DNA of 64,000 nt from an uncultured Bacteroidales bacterium (GCA_964567785.1 CAZMOK010000003.1:23437-87436), one strand, 5' to 3'; counted from the first letter of the stretch, positions 40,244 through 50,782 are shown. Notes: generated by a model from the sequence alone, not told the origin. Translations and numbers: made by a program.

Positions 40244-41026
40244 ATGAAATTCAAAGCTGGTATTTTACAGTTTCAGCCCTTGCTCGGCGAAAATGAAATA
40301 AACCGCCGTGCTGTGGAGAGTTTGCTTTCGAAAGCTGATGACGCTGATCTGTACGTGCTGCCCGAACTTGCCAATTCAGGCTACAACTTCAGGTCGATGG
40401 ATGAAGCTTTCAAAACCTCGGAAGAGATCAGTAGCAGTCCTTTCATTGATACATTGCAACGCTTTGCCAAAGAAAGAGAGGCATATGTGGTGGCCGGCCT
40501 CAATGAAAATGACGGAGGGAAACTGTTTAATACATCGGTATTGACCGGGCCTAAGGGGGTAATAGGAAAATACCGTAAGGTCCACCTATTTGTCGATGAA
40601 AAAGACTTTTTTGAACCGGGCAACCTCAGTTTACCTTTATTTAGCATTGGCGAAATAAAACTGGGCATGCTGATCTGTTTCGACTACCTGTTTGCTGAAG
40701 CCTGGAGAGTACTGGCCCTCAAAGGCGCCGACATAATCTGCCATCCCTCAAACCTTATAACACAGAATGCTTACCGGACACTTCCCGGACAGGCCCTGAT
40801 GAACCGTGTTTTTATTTTAACAGCCAACAGGATTGGAGCGGAAGATGACCTGACCTTTTGTGGGCGTTCCATAGCCTATACGCCCGACGGGGCGGTGCTG
40901 ATGGAAGCCGGAAGGACCGAGGAAGGGGTGTTTACCTTTGAGTTTGATCCATTGCTTGCCAGGGATAAAATGGTAACAGACCGCAACCATGCCTTTACCG
41001 ACCGCAGACCAGACCAGTACAGGTAG
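40244..41026 (+). CDS. carbon-nitrogen hydrolase (nitrilase superfamily) protein
   Basis: The Glu-Lys-Cys triad contexts are LPELANSG, YRKVHLF and MLICFD. Confidence 0.85.
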   Translation: MKFKAGILQFQPLLGENEINRRAVESLLSKADDADLYVLPELANSGYNFRSMDEAFKTSEEISSSPFIDTLQRFAKEREAYVVAGLNENDGGKLFNTSVLTGPKGVIGKYRKVHLFVDEKDFFEPGNLSLPLFSIGEIKLGMLICFDYLFAEAWRVLALKGADIICHPSNLITQNAYRTLPGQALMNRVFILTANRIGAEDDLTFCGRSIAYTPDGAVLMEAGRTEEGVFTFEFDPLLARDKMVTDRNHAFTDRRPDQYR

Positions 41027-41129
41027 AATAAAGGTCATTATTTAGATTAATTATAAGTTAGTGAATAGTGTTAACTTTGCAACTCATTTTTATTTCGATT
41101 GTTAAGATATCATTGTAAAAAACATAGAG

Positions 41130-43202
41130 ATGTACAGAAATAAAAGACTGAAGATCAAAAAGGCCGACAAGGTCTATAATATAAACAACACTGATAAGGA
41201 AACACTCAGGAGATGGTATTACCTGATGACCCTTGGAAGGCAGCTCGACAACAAGGCGCCGAATTACCTGAAGCAGGCGCTTGGCTGGTCGTACCACGCG
41301 CCCTACGCCGGGCACGACGGTATCCAGCTTGCCATCGGCCAGTTATTTGAAAAGGAAAAAGACCATCTGTTCCCTTATTACAGGGATATGCTGACAGCCA
41401 TATCGGCAGGCCTCACCACAGAGGAGATCATCCTTAACGGACTTTCGAAAAAGGATGACATAGCCAGCGGTGGGAGGCACATGTCGAACCACTTTGCAAA
41501 GCCCGAATGGAACATCCATAATGTATCCTCTGCCACGGGTAACCATGCGCAGCATGCAGTTGGGGTGGCCAGGGCCATGAAATATTACGATGCGGATGCG
41601 GTTTCGATCAGTTCGCAGGGTGAATCGTCGGTTTCGGAGGGCTATGTTTACGAAGCCATCAACGGGGCCAGCAATGAAAGGCTTCCCGTCATCTTTGTAT
41701 TCCAGGACAATGGCTATGGTATTTCCGTTCCCAAGGAGGACCAGACGGCTAATTTCTATGCTGCCACCAACTTCGAAGGATTTAAGAACCTCGAAATAAT
41801 CTACTGCAACGGCAGGGATGTTTTCAATTCCATGAACGCAATGACGCTGGCAAAGAAATATGTAAAGGAGCAGGGGGTACCTGTAATTGTCCACGCTAAT
41901 TGCGTCAGGATCCACTCACATTCTAATTCCGACCGCCACGAACTTTACCGCGATGAGGTTGAGCTGAGTGAAGCACTGGGGCAGGATCCGATGGAGAAGT
42001 ACCGCAAAAGGCTTACCTACAGCGGCATCTTCACCGAGGAGGAGCTGGATGCAATTGACAAGGAAGCCAAGAAAGAGATTTCCGCAGCCCACAAGAAAGT
42101 GATAGCAGCGCCCGACCCTGATCCGGCCTCCATTTTCGATTTTGTGATCCCTGAGCCATATACGGCTGAAAAATATCCCGACGGCACCCACGACGGTTCT
42201 AAAGGGCAAGAGATAAAGTTCATTGAGGCGCTCAACATTACCCTTAAACAGGAGTTCAGGAAAAACGAGAACACCTTTATCTGGGGGCAGGACATTGCCA
42301 ACAAGGACAAAGGAGGGATATTCAACGTTACCAAGGGTATGCAGCAGGAGTTTGGGGAAGATCGGGTATTCAACGCTCCCATTGCAGAGGATTATATCGT
42401 TGGAACTGCCAATGGCATGAGCCGGTTCAGGAAAGATATCAGGGTAGTGGTCGAAGGCGCAGAATTTGCCGACTATTTCTGGCCAGCCATGGAACAGTAT
42501 GTTGAGCTGACACACGATTACTGGAGATCGAACGGAAAGTTCGCCCCTAATGTCACTATCAGGCTTGCTTCCGGAGGTTATATTGGCGGTGGGCTTTATC
42601 ATTCGCAATCCACTGAGGCGGCGTTATCCACATTCCCCGGTATAAGGGTTGTTTACCCGTCCTTTGCCGACGATGCCGCCGGGTTGTTAAGGACCAGCAT
42701 CCGCTCTGAAGGCCCCACACTGTTCCTGGAGCCAAAGGCGCTCTATAACGACCCTGTGGCCGTCACAGTGGTGCCTGACGATTATGAAGTGCCTTTCGGG
42801 AAGGCAAAAGTCAGGAGGGAAGGCACCGACCTCAGCATTATAACTTACGGGAATACAACCCATATGGCCATCAAGGCAGCCGATATGATCGAGGAACAAA
42901 GCGGTAAAAAAATAGAAGTGCTGGATTTAAGGTCACTTATTCCCCTCGATAAAGATGCTTTGCTTGAAACAGTGAAGAAGACCAGCAGGGCACTAGTTGT
43001 GCACGAAGACAAAGTATTCTCCGGTTTCGGAGGTGAGCTGGTGGCCCTTATCACAGAGGAGGCTTTTGAATACCTTGATGCCCCGGTAAGGAGGGTGGGG
43101 TCAACATTTACCCCCGTGGGGTTTAACAGGATACTTGAGAAGGCCATCCTGCCCGACGTTGAAAAAATTAAAAAAGCCGCCTCTGATCTGCTGGATTATT
43201 GA
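41130..43202 (+). CDS. 2-oxoacid dehydrogenase E1 component, fused alpha/beta subunits
   Basis: The alpha-like TPP region is GESSVSEGYVYEAINGASNERLPVIFVFQDNGYGIS. The beta-like region is FNAPIAEDYIVGTANGMS. Size is 690 aa. Confidence 0.88.
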   Translation: MYRNKRLKIKKADKVYNINNTDKETLRRWYYLMTLGRQLDNKAPNYLKQALGWSYHAPYAGHDGIQLAIGQLFEKEKDHLFPYYRDMLTAISAGLTTEEIILNGLSKKDDIASGGRHMSNHFAKPEWNIHNVSSATGNHAQHAVGVARAMKYYDADAVSISSQGESSVSEGYVYEAINGASNERLPVIFVFQDNGYGISVPKEDQTANFYAATNFEGFKNLEIIYCNGRDVFNSMNAMTLAKKYVKEQGVPVIVHANCVRIHSHSNSDRHELYRDEVELSEALGQDPMEKYRKRLTYSGIFTEEELDAIDKEAKKEISAAHKKVIAAPDPDPASIFDFVIPEPYTAEKYPDGTHDGSKGQEIKFIEALNITLKQEFRKNENTFIWGQDIANKDKGGIFNVTKGMQQEFGEDRVFNAPIAEDYIVGTANGMSRFRKDIRVVVEGAEFADYFWPAMEQYVELTHDYWRSNGKFAPNVTIRLASGGYIGGGLYHSQSTEAALSTFPGIRVVYPSFADDAAGLLRTSIRSEGPTLFLEPKALYNDPVAVTVVPDDYEVPFGKAKVRREGTDLSIITYGNTTHMAIKAADMIEEQSGKKIEVLDLRSLIPLDKDALLETVKKTSRALVVHEDKVFSGFGGELVALITEEAFEYLDAPVRRVGSTFTPVGFNRILEKAILPDVEKIKKAASDLLDY

Positions 43203-43491
43203 TCAGGATCAGATATTTTCACTGACTCAACCTCCACGGTTACGGGAGCGACCATACTCATTTTCATTACCGGCAACAGGAGATAAAGGACCTAAACCAT
43301 ATGTTTCAAGCCTGTCTTTTGAAATGCATTGTTCTGAAGACATGATTATGCCACTGCTTAAGCACGTCGTTTCGATAATTCCATATTGTACTCTATATTT
43401 CCGGTGGCATCGGTATGCCATTCAATAACCAGGTTAAGATCAGCCTTTTGCTTCATAAGTGAAGCTATCTCAGCAAGAACAGTTGTAGATT
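43203..43491 (-). pseudogene. remnant of an OmpA-family C-terminal (peptidoglycan-binding) domain
   Basis: The minus frame reads ..VLAEIASLMKQKADLNLVIEWHTDATGNIEYNMELSKRRA* with TAA at 43358-43360 and again at 43346-43348. The motif then continues in another frame as ISKDRLETYGLGPLSPVAGNENEYGRSRNR. No N-terminal domain is present. Confidence 0.6.
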
Positions 43492-43776
43492 TTATTTATC
43501 TTTTTTCTGGCTCTGCCTGGCCCTTGCAATAGAGTGTGCAGCCAGCGGGGCTGTTAAATAGATAAAGGTGATAACCAAAAAAACCTTAAAATATACCAGC
43601 AACGTATTAAAAGATAATCCAACCCCGATCAATATTAAAAGTAAACCAAAAGAGGTCGCTTTGGTTATGGCGTGTATCCAGCTGAGCAAATCAGGGAATC
43701 GCAATGTGCCCAGTGCAGCCAGCAATATAAAAACGGAACCGCTTATAAGTAAAAATGAAATCAGTATCGTCATCAT
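43492..43776 (-). CDS. mrpG: Mrp/Mnh cation:proton antiporter subunit G
   Basis: LGTLRFPDLLSWIHAITKATSFG is present. Size is 94 aa and it is the last gene of the mrp cluster. Confidence 0.8.
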   Translation of the reverse strand: MMTILISFLLISGSVFILLAALGTLRFPDLLSWIHAITKATSFGLLLILIGVGLSFNTLLVYFKVFLVITFIYLTAPLAAHSIARARQSQKKDK

Positions 43777-44045
43777 CCTTTTTGTTTTAAATAACTTGAT
43801 ATTGCAACAGTTCCAATGAATGCCACAAGTGCAATGACAATTGTGATGTCGATGTATATATCATTCCGGTTATGAATACTGTATAACAGTATAAAAGCCA
43901 GAATTGTTAAAGCAATCAGGTCAAAGGCCGCCACCCGTTCGGCCGCTCCGGGTCCTTTAACCAGCCTGATGAAACCAATGAAAAGAGCAGCTAAAAGAAG
44001 GGCCATGGCAATGACAATAACTGCTGCGGGTATATAGTGATCCAT
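43773..44045 (-). CDS. mrpF: Mrp/Mnh antiporter subunit F
   Basis: LVKGPGAAERVAAFDLI is present. It is 90 aa with three TM helices. Confidence 0.75.
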   Translation of the reverse strand: MDHYIPAAVIVIAMALLLAALFIGFIRLVKGPGAAERVAAFDLIALTILAFILLYSIHNRNDIYIDITIVIALVAFIGTVAISSYLKQKG

Positions 44046-44377
44046 TATTCAAAAATTCTTTTGATTCGACATTGTATTGCATATATTTCGGCTCTGATTG
44101 CTTTTTCATCCTGAAGATACAGTATATGTACAGAAGCTTCGTTCTTCTCAGGATCAAGGCTAATGACCAGGGTGCCGGGGGTCATTGAGACAAGGTTGGA
44201 GAACAGTAAAAGAGCCATTTTCGACCTTAACTCGAGGTTTATACTAATTATCCCAGCATTCATCAGCATCTTTGGCGTAAGTATATCCCAGGCTAAAAAT
44301 AAATTGGCTTTAATGATACTGAGAAGGTATAATCCGATGAAAAGGAACAGCCGGTATGCTTTTTTAATGTATCTCAT
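44045..44377 (-). CDS. mrpE: Mrp/Mnh antiporter subunit E (short form)
   Basis: LLSIIKANLFLAWDILTPKM and LVSMTPGTLVISLD match the C-terminal two thirds of MnhE. It is only 110 aa. Confidence 0.65.
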   Translation of the reverse strand: MRYIKKAYRLFLFIGLYLLSIIKANLFLAWDILTPKMLMNAGIISINLELRSKMALLLFSNLVSMTPGTLVISLDPEKNEASVHILYLQDEKAIRAEIYAIQCRIKRIFE

Positions 44378-44381
44378 ATTT

Positions 44382-45866
44382 TCAGCGGATTAATATTTTT
44401 TCTATGTAGGGCCCTGTATCCATTAAAAAAGCAGCAGCTTTTTGCGTCAATCCGAATACCGTATTTGCAAAAACACCCATGAATATGCTTACAGCCCCTA
44501 AGATAACAGAGGGGAGATAATCGATAAATCCCAGAGATCGCTTATTTACATGAGTTTGATCTTTTTGGGGATGTTTTTTTAAGAAAGCTTCATTCCATAT
44601 CTTGATCATGGAATAAAGTGTAAGCAGACCAGTTATCAGAGCTACTGCACTAATAATGTATTGGCCGGCTTCAATACCGGCCTTTATAAGGATAAATTTT
44701 GCAAAAAAGCCTGATATTGGTGGTATTCCCGCCAGGGCAAAAGCGGGAATAATGAACAGGACAGCCAGCAGGGGATTCTCTTTATATAATCCACCAATGC
44801 TTTTCAGATCATAACTACCCTTTAGTTTGTTTATCATCCCCGCCACAAAAAAAGTATTGGTTTTAGCAATCATATTGTGCATCATGAAATATATGCTACC
44901 CGCGATAGCCAAAGGTGTAAAGATTCCAAGTCCCATGATCATGTAACCGATCTGGCTGATTATGTGAAACGAGAGAATCCGCCGCATTTTATACTGGGTT
45001 GTGGCAGCCATACCTCCATACAACATGGTTAAACCGGCAACAACAATAAAAAGAGAGTGCCAGAAAGCCTGGTCTTGTGTGTATATCAAAGTGAAAAAGC
45101 GGATCATGGTATACACTCCCACTTTGGTCAAAAGGCCTGCGAACAATGCAGTAATGGTAATATTTGGTGTGTGGTAGGATGCCGGAAGCCAAAAGAACAA
45201 TGGAAACACTGCAGATTTTATTCCGAAAGCCAAAAAAATCAGAATAGCTGAAGTGTTCAAACCCGGCGGGAAGCCATTTTCTCTGAATATCGCGGCCAGG
45301 TGGGCCATATTGAGGGTACCGGTTTTTCCATACAGCAAGCCGATCCCTGCAAGAAAAAACAGGGATCCTAAAAAATTCATTCCCAGATACTTAATGCCAG
45401 CATGATATTGGGTTTGCTCCTTGCAATAGGTGATGAGAACAAATGAGGATATCAGCATCAATTCGAACCAGACATAAAGGTTAAAAACATCCCCGGTAAT
45501 AAATGCACCGTTCACTCCCATAGCGAGTGAAAAGAAAAAAATGGAAAACCGGTTTCCACTGGCCCGGATATTTATGAACCGGGTTTTATAGATAGAAACG
45601 GTCAGTAAAACAAGGGCTGAAACAATGAGCATAAGGGCGCTAAAAAAATCAATCACCAGAGTGATCCCGAAAGGAGCCTCCCAGTTACCCATATACAAGG
45701 CCAGAATACCTTCCCGGTTAACTTTCCAGAGCAAAAACAGTGATGAGATCAAAAGAAGGGTGCTTCCAAGAACGATCAGGGCATTACTGAAACTGCGCGA
45801 CCTGAAGAAAAGCAGCAGCATGATGCCGACCAGAGGTATCAGTATGGGAAAAAAAACTGCATTCAT
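44382..45866 (-). CDS. mrpD: Mrp/Mnh antiporter subunit D (NuoM/N-like)
   Basis: It is a 494-aa polytopic protein with proton-antiporter-like repeats (..KSAVFPLFFWLPASY..). Confidence 0.9.
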   Translation of the reverse strand: MNAVFFPILIPLVGIMLLLFFRSRSFSNALIVLGSTLLLISSLFLLWKVNREGILALYMGNWEAPFGITLVIDFFSALMLIVSALVLLTVSIYKTRFINIRASGNRFSIFFFSLAMGVNGAFITGDVFNLYVWFELMLISSFVLITYCKEQTQYHAGIKYLGMNFLGSLFFLAGIGLLYGKTGTLNMAHLAAIFRENGFPPGLNTSAILIFLAFGIKSAVFPLFFWLPASYHTPNITITALFAGLLTKVGVYTMIRFFTLIYTQDQAFWHSLFIVVAGLTMLYGGMAATTQYKMRRILSFHIISQIGYMIMGLGIFTPLAIAGSIYFMMHNMIAKTNTFFVAGMINKLKGSYDLKSIGGLYKENPLLAVLFIIPAFALAGIPPISGFFAKFILIKAGIEAGQYIISAVALITGLLTLYSMIKIWNEAFLKKHPQKDQTHVNKRSLGFIDYLPSVILGAVSIFMGVFANTVFGLTQKAAAFLMDTGPYIEKILIR

Positions 45867-45869
45867 AGC

Positions 45870-46214
45870 TTACTTATCAGTTTCTTTCAGTTCATCAAGG
45901 TCATCAGTTCCGGTTGATTCAAAAAACTTAAATTTCAATGCAAGTGTATATGCTATAATTCCTAATCCGATAACTACTGCAGTGAGTAAAAGTGCCTGGG
46001 GCAGCGGATCAGCCATTGCAGTGGTTTCAGTTGTATCTTCTGTAACAAAAACAGGGTTCCCGCCAACGGGTGTTGATGCCAGAAAGACCAGCAAATTGGT
46101 GGCATTGCTTATCAGGATTACCCCTATTACAAATTTGAGTATGCTTCTCCGCAGCAGTAAATACACTCCAGCTGTGTAAAGCGTACCAACAAGTATTGCA
46201 AGTATCAGTTCCAT
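45870..46214 (-). CDS. mrpC: Mrp/Mnh antiporter subunit C (NuoK-like)
   Basis: It is 114 aa with three TM helices, and carries YTAGVYLLLRRS. Confidence 0.85.
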   Translation of the reverse strand: MELILAILVGTLYTAGVYLLLRRSILKFVIGVILISNATNLLVFLASTPVGGNPVFVTEDTTETTAMADPLPQALLLTAVVIGLGIIAYTLALKFKFFESTGTDDLDELKETDK

Positions 46215-46630
46215 GGGTCGAAGGTTGTTTTTGAAAATAAAAATGTAAGGGTCACACCGATCACTGTAAAGAATACTCCAACATCAAAAAGAAAGGGAGT
46301 TCCCAGTTTCAGTACCATCCCGGCAGGCATCTGAATTGTTAACCAGTAGCCTTTCATAAAAGATTCAGAAAAAACCATTCCGGGCAACAGGCTGAGAATA
46401 ATAAGCAGAAGCCCCAGGCCAAGATAATTATCAGGTGACGTGAGTAGTTTTTTCCGCGCATATTGTGGATTATAGGCAAGCCCCCTGTATACAACAGATA
46501 GTGCAGCAAGCAAACCTCCGATGAAACCTCCGCCCGGGAGGTTGTGTCCCCGCAACAAAGCAATAATTGCTATGGCTATTAAAAACCACCGAACGTATCT
46601 ATCAGCTATCTGCAGCAAATATGCATTCAT
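46205..46630 (-). CDS. mrpB: Mrp/Mnh antiporter subunit B
   Basis: LRGHNLPGGGFIGGL motif is present. Size is 141 aa. Confidence 0.8.
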   Translation of the reverse strand: MNAYLLQIADRYVRWFLIAIAIIALLRGHNLPGGGFIGGLLAALSVVYRGLAYNPQYARKKLLTSPDNYLGLGLLLIILSLLPGMVFSESFMKGYWLTIQMPAGMVLKLGTPFLFDVGVFFTVIGVTLTFLFSKTTFDPWN

Positions 46631-48933
46631 AGACGTTTGCTTCTTTTACCCAATAAAATAAAAACACCTAAAGCGGCTATTATAAGTACAACAACCTCTC
46701 CCAGGGTATCAAGTGCGCGAAAGTCAACCAAAATTACGTTTACTACATTTTTCCCATATGCTTTAACCAGGCTGTTCTGAATGAAATACTCCGAAACCGG
46801 TGTGATGAGATTAATATCGGTGGCCTGGAGGGCCATCAGGGTCATACCGGTTCCAAAGGTTATGGCAACGGCCAGGTCCCTGTTTTTTATCCATTTTGCA
46901 GATATTCGGGCAAATATCGGCATACGTTGTAAGATGAGAACAAATAAAACAACGATTAGCGTTTCAGCAAGTATTTGGGTAATAGCCAGGTCGATAGCAC
47001 TATAGTAGAGATAAATAAATGCTATACCATATCCAATGACACCCAGTGATATGATTGCTGCAAGCCTCGATCGCGAGAACATGGTCAGTACTGTGGCGAA
47101 AACCATGATCACAGCAATGCCATACAGATAAAAAGGTGCTTCGGTCAGTCTTTCAAATACATTCCAGTTATAGTTAAACAACATTTGTAACCATAACATC
47201 GCAGAAGCAATGAGAAAAAAGGTTAATAAATATATCCTTTGAAAACCATGGTTGACAACCCTGTCTTTCCTGCGCACAAAATCAATAAAGTTGCTGATAC
47301 CCTGCAAAAACACATCGGTAAAATGGAATCTGACAATCTGCCTGGTAAAGTGTTGCCAGCTCAGTAAAAACTGTTTTTGCTTTATTATGGCCACAGCAAT
47401 GGCCGTACCCGTAAAAGCAGTGAACATGCTTAACCATAATACCGGGTTGAACCCATGCCAGAGTGCCAGCTTTACATCTTGATACCCGGGTATTACGTAG
47501 TGAAGCGCACCCTTCAGGATAGAATTGCCTAAATAATCAGGTATCAATCCGGCAACGAGGCTGAACACAGATAAAATTGCAGGAATTAAAAGCATCACCG
47601 GGATATAGCGAGGTTTTGAAATCTGTTTGGTTAACTTATAGCTGCCAAAAAATATGGTGTAAACAAGGTAAAGAGAAACTGTTACCATCAGAATATTGGC
47701 CGTCACACCCAAAACGAGTATTATTCCTGATATGCCTGGTAATTGAATTTGAGCCTCGTATATCAGTTCCTTACCGATGAAGCCCAGCATGGGAGGAAAA
47801 CCGGCCATGGATAAAGCTGCCAGCAATGTTACCAGGAAAGCAATTGGCATTTTACGTACGAGACCGCCCAGATACAGAAGATCCCTGGTTCCTGTCATTT
47901 TTTCTATATAACCAGCGATCATAAACAAAGTGGCTTTGTAGAGTGCATGAACAAATAAAAACAAAATAGCAGCTTTGACCGAAAGGCTTGTGTCAATACC
48001 CACAAGCAATGTCAGTACGCCCAATGCATTGATTGTGGTATAAGCCAGGCTTGCCTTAAGGTCTGTTTGCATGATGGCAAAGTATGCTCCAAAAAGCATT
48101 GTCAGAATTCCGACAAAAGAGATAATATAGTGCCAGGCATCTGTGCCGCCTAAGATTGGCTGCAGGCGCAATAAGAGAAAAAACCCTGCTTTTACCATTG
48201 TAGCCGAATGCAGATAGGCGCTCACAGGAGCCGGTGCCTGCATGGCCCCGGGTAACCAGAAATGAAAAGGAAACTGTGCCGACTTTGTAAAAATACCTAC
48301 CAGGATCAGGATTAAGCCGGGCAGGTAGAGGGGGCTCTCTGTCATGGCTGAAGAGGAATTGATCCAGTCAGATAACTGATAACTTCCGGGGATGGTGCCT
48401 AAGAGGATGATCCCTGCAAGCAGGCTCAAGCCACCCATAACAGTAATGAATAGCGATTGAAAACCGGCTAAACGTGCTGCTTCTTTTTCATGAAAGAAGG
48501 TAATCAGTAAAAACGAGAATACTGTTGTAAGTTCCCAGAATATAAAAAGGAATATGAGGTTTGAAGACAATACCATTCCCATCATGGAAAGGCTGAAAAG
48601 CATCATTAAAAGTAGAAAACGGGTAATATGGGTATATTCCCGCATGTATTCACCGGCGTAAATGAAGATAAAACCCCCCATTCCCATAACCAGTAAAGAA
48701 AAAGCAAGCCCCAGTCCATCGATAGAAAGAGAAAAGTGTATTCCTAAATCAGGTACCCATGGAGCGGTAATGGAAAGGAAGTCGCCCTGCATAACCTGAG
48801 GAATATATGTAAGCAGTAATACTACAACACTCAGTTGAACCAACCCGATGGCAAGTGACCTGTGTTTTTGCCATGGCCGGGGCAAAAAGAGAAAAACTAT
48901 GGGTAACAACAGCAGGATTATCAGTAATGTCAT
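46627..48933 (-). CDS. mrpA: Mrp/Mnh antiporter subunit A (NuoL-like with C-terminal MrpB-like extension)
   Basis: It is 768 aa with KSAQFPFHFWLPGAMQAPAPVSAYLHSATMVKAG. It is the first gene of seven with overlapping boundaries. Confidence 0.9.
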   Translation of the reverse strand: MTLLIILLLLPIVFLFLPRPWQKHRSLAIGLVQLSVVVLLLTYIPQVMQGDFLSITAPWVPDLGIHFSLSIDGLGLAFSLLVMGMGGFIFIYAGEYMREYTHITRFLLLMMLFSLSMMGMVLSSNLIFLFIFWELTTVFSFLLITFFHEKEAARLAGFQSLFITVMGGLSLLAGIILLGTIPGSYQLSDWINSSSAMTESPLYLPGLILILVGIFTKSAQFPFHFWLPGAMQAPAPVSAYLHSATMVKAGFFLLLRLQPILGGTDAWHYIISFVGILTMLFGAYFAIMQTDLKASLAYTTINALGVLTLLVGIDTSLSVKAAILFLFVHALYKATLFMIAGYIEKMTGTRDLLYLGGLVRKMPIAFLVTLLAALSMAGFPPMLGFIGKELIYEAQIQLPGISGIILVLGVTANILMVTVSLYLVYTIFFGSYKLTKQISKPRYIPVMLLIPAILSVFSLVAGLIPDYLGNSILKGALHYVIPGYQDVKLALWHGFNPVLWLSMFTAFTGTAIAVAIIKQKQFLLSWQHFTRQIVRFHFTDVFLQGISNFIDFVRRKDRVVNHGFQRIYLLTFFLIASAMLWLQMLFNYNWNVFERLTEAPFYLYGIAVIMVFATVLTMFSRSRLAAIISLGVIGYGIAFIYLYYSAIDLAITQILAETLIVVLFVLILQRMPIFARISAKWIKNRDLAVAITFGTGMTLMALQATDINLITPVSEYFIQNSLVKAYGKNVVNVILVDFRALDTLGEVVVLIIAALGVFILLGKRSKRL

Positions 48934-49284
48934 ATCCTTTTCCTAAGGAGCAAACAAATCCCTTTAATGCAAATATGCAAAAAAGGTAAGTAACTTTTAC
49001 TATTTGAACCAAACATACTTTCTTCTTAAATGTTTCTTCCCGTATCCGGGAAATTTTTCAAAACAACTTTTTCTTGATGACTTTCAATAGAAGCTGGGCA
49101 ATAAGGGTGCGTCTCACCTGGATATATATGGTGTTGAAATTTTCATCTAAAATATAATGTAACTGGAAATTTTGCTAGAGGGGGGAGTAGCCCCTGCTTG
49201 AAAAATTTGGTCGGTCAGCAATGAAAGTTAATCTGATTTGCGGCCTGGAACAGGATCATGAGGTAAGTGCTTCCCCGGACCCTG

Positions 49285-50298
49285 TCACAGCAGTTCAATA
49301 TTTTCATCCCAAATTCTCTGCCAGAGTCTCTTTAATGGTTCGATACTGTCAGATGCTTCAGGCTCAAATTCTTCAACCCTGGCAGGAATTATACCAACAG
49401 AACTCTTTTTACCAACCACAAAATTGAAAAAATAGAGTCCGCTTACGCCCATTCTTATATCGGTTATTACAATTTTATCATCCACAGCGCTCACCTTGTA
49501 AAAACCCCCTGTGAACCATTTCAGTCGTTTTACATTCCAATCATCGGCAATTGGCTTTATAAGCTCGATTTCCGAAGGGTATTCCTTGAATTTTATCTCT
49601 TTCGTTTCATCCAGTACAGAGTAGAACCCTTCAACATAGCCGCTTTCAGTATTGCCAATTATCCTCCATAACAAGGTATTAAACGGAGTTGGGCCTACCA
49701 GGGTTTTGGATACTTTAATATTCTGTTCAGACAGTGATTTTTCAGCAACTGAATGCACATATGCTTTTGCACCTATGCTCCAGACCAGGTACAAACTGCT
49801 CACGAGTATTCCTATCCTGTGTATCTTAAGTGCGAGGGCTGGTTTTTTCCTCAAGAAAAATAGTGATGCTAATCCAGCAAGCAAAGGAGTTGTATACAGA
49901 GGATCGATAACAAATATCGTGCTCCAGCCTACCGGATGGTTCGAGAAGGGGAGGAGCAACTGAGTTCCATAAACATTGAAACTGTCGAGCAGTGCATGTG
50001 TTATGAAGGTCAGGAAAACCGCAAAAAGCCACCTGACCCTATACTTTTTTGTTTTAGGGTGTATTTTCGTGATCAGCCAGGCCACTAAAGGCGCTGCGAG
50101 GGCCATATAGAAAAAAGCATGGCTCTCTGCCCTGTGATACGTGAAATCCTTTACGGCATTTCCCATAGGGATAAACACATCCAGGTCGGGCAGGGTACCG
50201 CAGACTGCACCCCACAAAGATGCTTTGCGCCCAACCTTATTTTGCATCACTGCTTCCGAAACGCTGGCCCCTAAAACGAGTTGTGTTAATGAATCCAT
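49285..50298 (-). CDS. membrane-bound metal-dependent hydrolase (YdjM/DUF457-like) with extra C-terminal domain
   Basis: MDSLTQLVLGASVSEA..LPDLDV..H.. signature is present in the N-terminal TM region. Confidence 0.7.
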   Translation of the reverse strand: MDSLTQLVLGASVSEAVMQNKVGRKASLWGAVCGTLPDLDVFIPMGNAVKDFTYHRAESHAFFYMALAAPLVAWLITKIHPKTKKYRVRWLFAVFLTFITHALLDSFNVYGTQLLLPFSNHPVGWSTIFVIDPLYTTPLLAGLASLFFLRKKPALALKIHRIGILVSSLYLVWSIGAKAYVHSVAEKSLSEQNIKVSKTLVGPTPFNTLLWRIIGNTESGYVEGFYSVLDETKEIKFKEYPSEIELIKPIADDWNVKRLKWFTGGFYKVSAVDDKIVITDIRMGVSGLYFFNFVVGKKSSVGIIPARVEEFEPEASDSIEPLKRLWQRIWDENIELL

Positions 50299-50404
50299 GA
50301 CCCCTGTAACCTTGATAGAAGCTTTAAAGGAACAACTTACAAACTCTTACTTTTGAATTACTGCATGCAGACTTTTAATAAGCAATTTGCTCCGATCTCT
50401 GATT

Positions 50405-50782
50405 TCATTGAATGCTTAGCAGGAGTATTGCCACTGATAGTATGAGCATGAAAAGCGCAGGCAGATGAGTCGTTAATTTATCATGGACCTTTATATGCAT
50501 GGCAACTGCGCCAAGCATAAGTACAATCAGTGCTCCTGCGGCAAATGGGATAACAATGGGCACCCAAATACCAATGATCAAACCAATGGCTGCTGCAACC
50601 TTCAAAATTCCAACAACATACATAAGCCAAACAGGTAATCCATAGTATTCAAATTCTCCGCGTAATGTTTTGGCCTTGCCGTCACCACCCCTGTATATAC
50701 TGGCTCTCTGATTTGTTACCAGCCAGATCCGGAGGATGTTCAGCGCCACAAATAATTGCAGTACAATGAGAAATATATTCAT
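50405..50782 (-). CDS. DoxX family membrane protein
   Basis: It is 125 aa with four TM helices. The pattern is typical of DoxX-like proteins. Confidence 0.7.
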   Translation of the reverse strand: MNIFLIVLQLFVALNILRIWLVTNQRASIYRGGDGKAKTLRGEFEYYGLPVWLMYVVGILKVAAAIGLIIGIWVPIVIPFAAGALIVLMLGAVAMHIKVHDKLTTHLPALFMLILSVAILLLSIQ

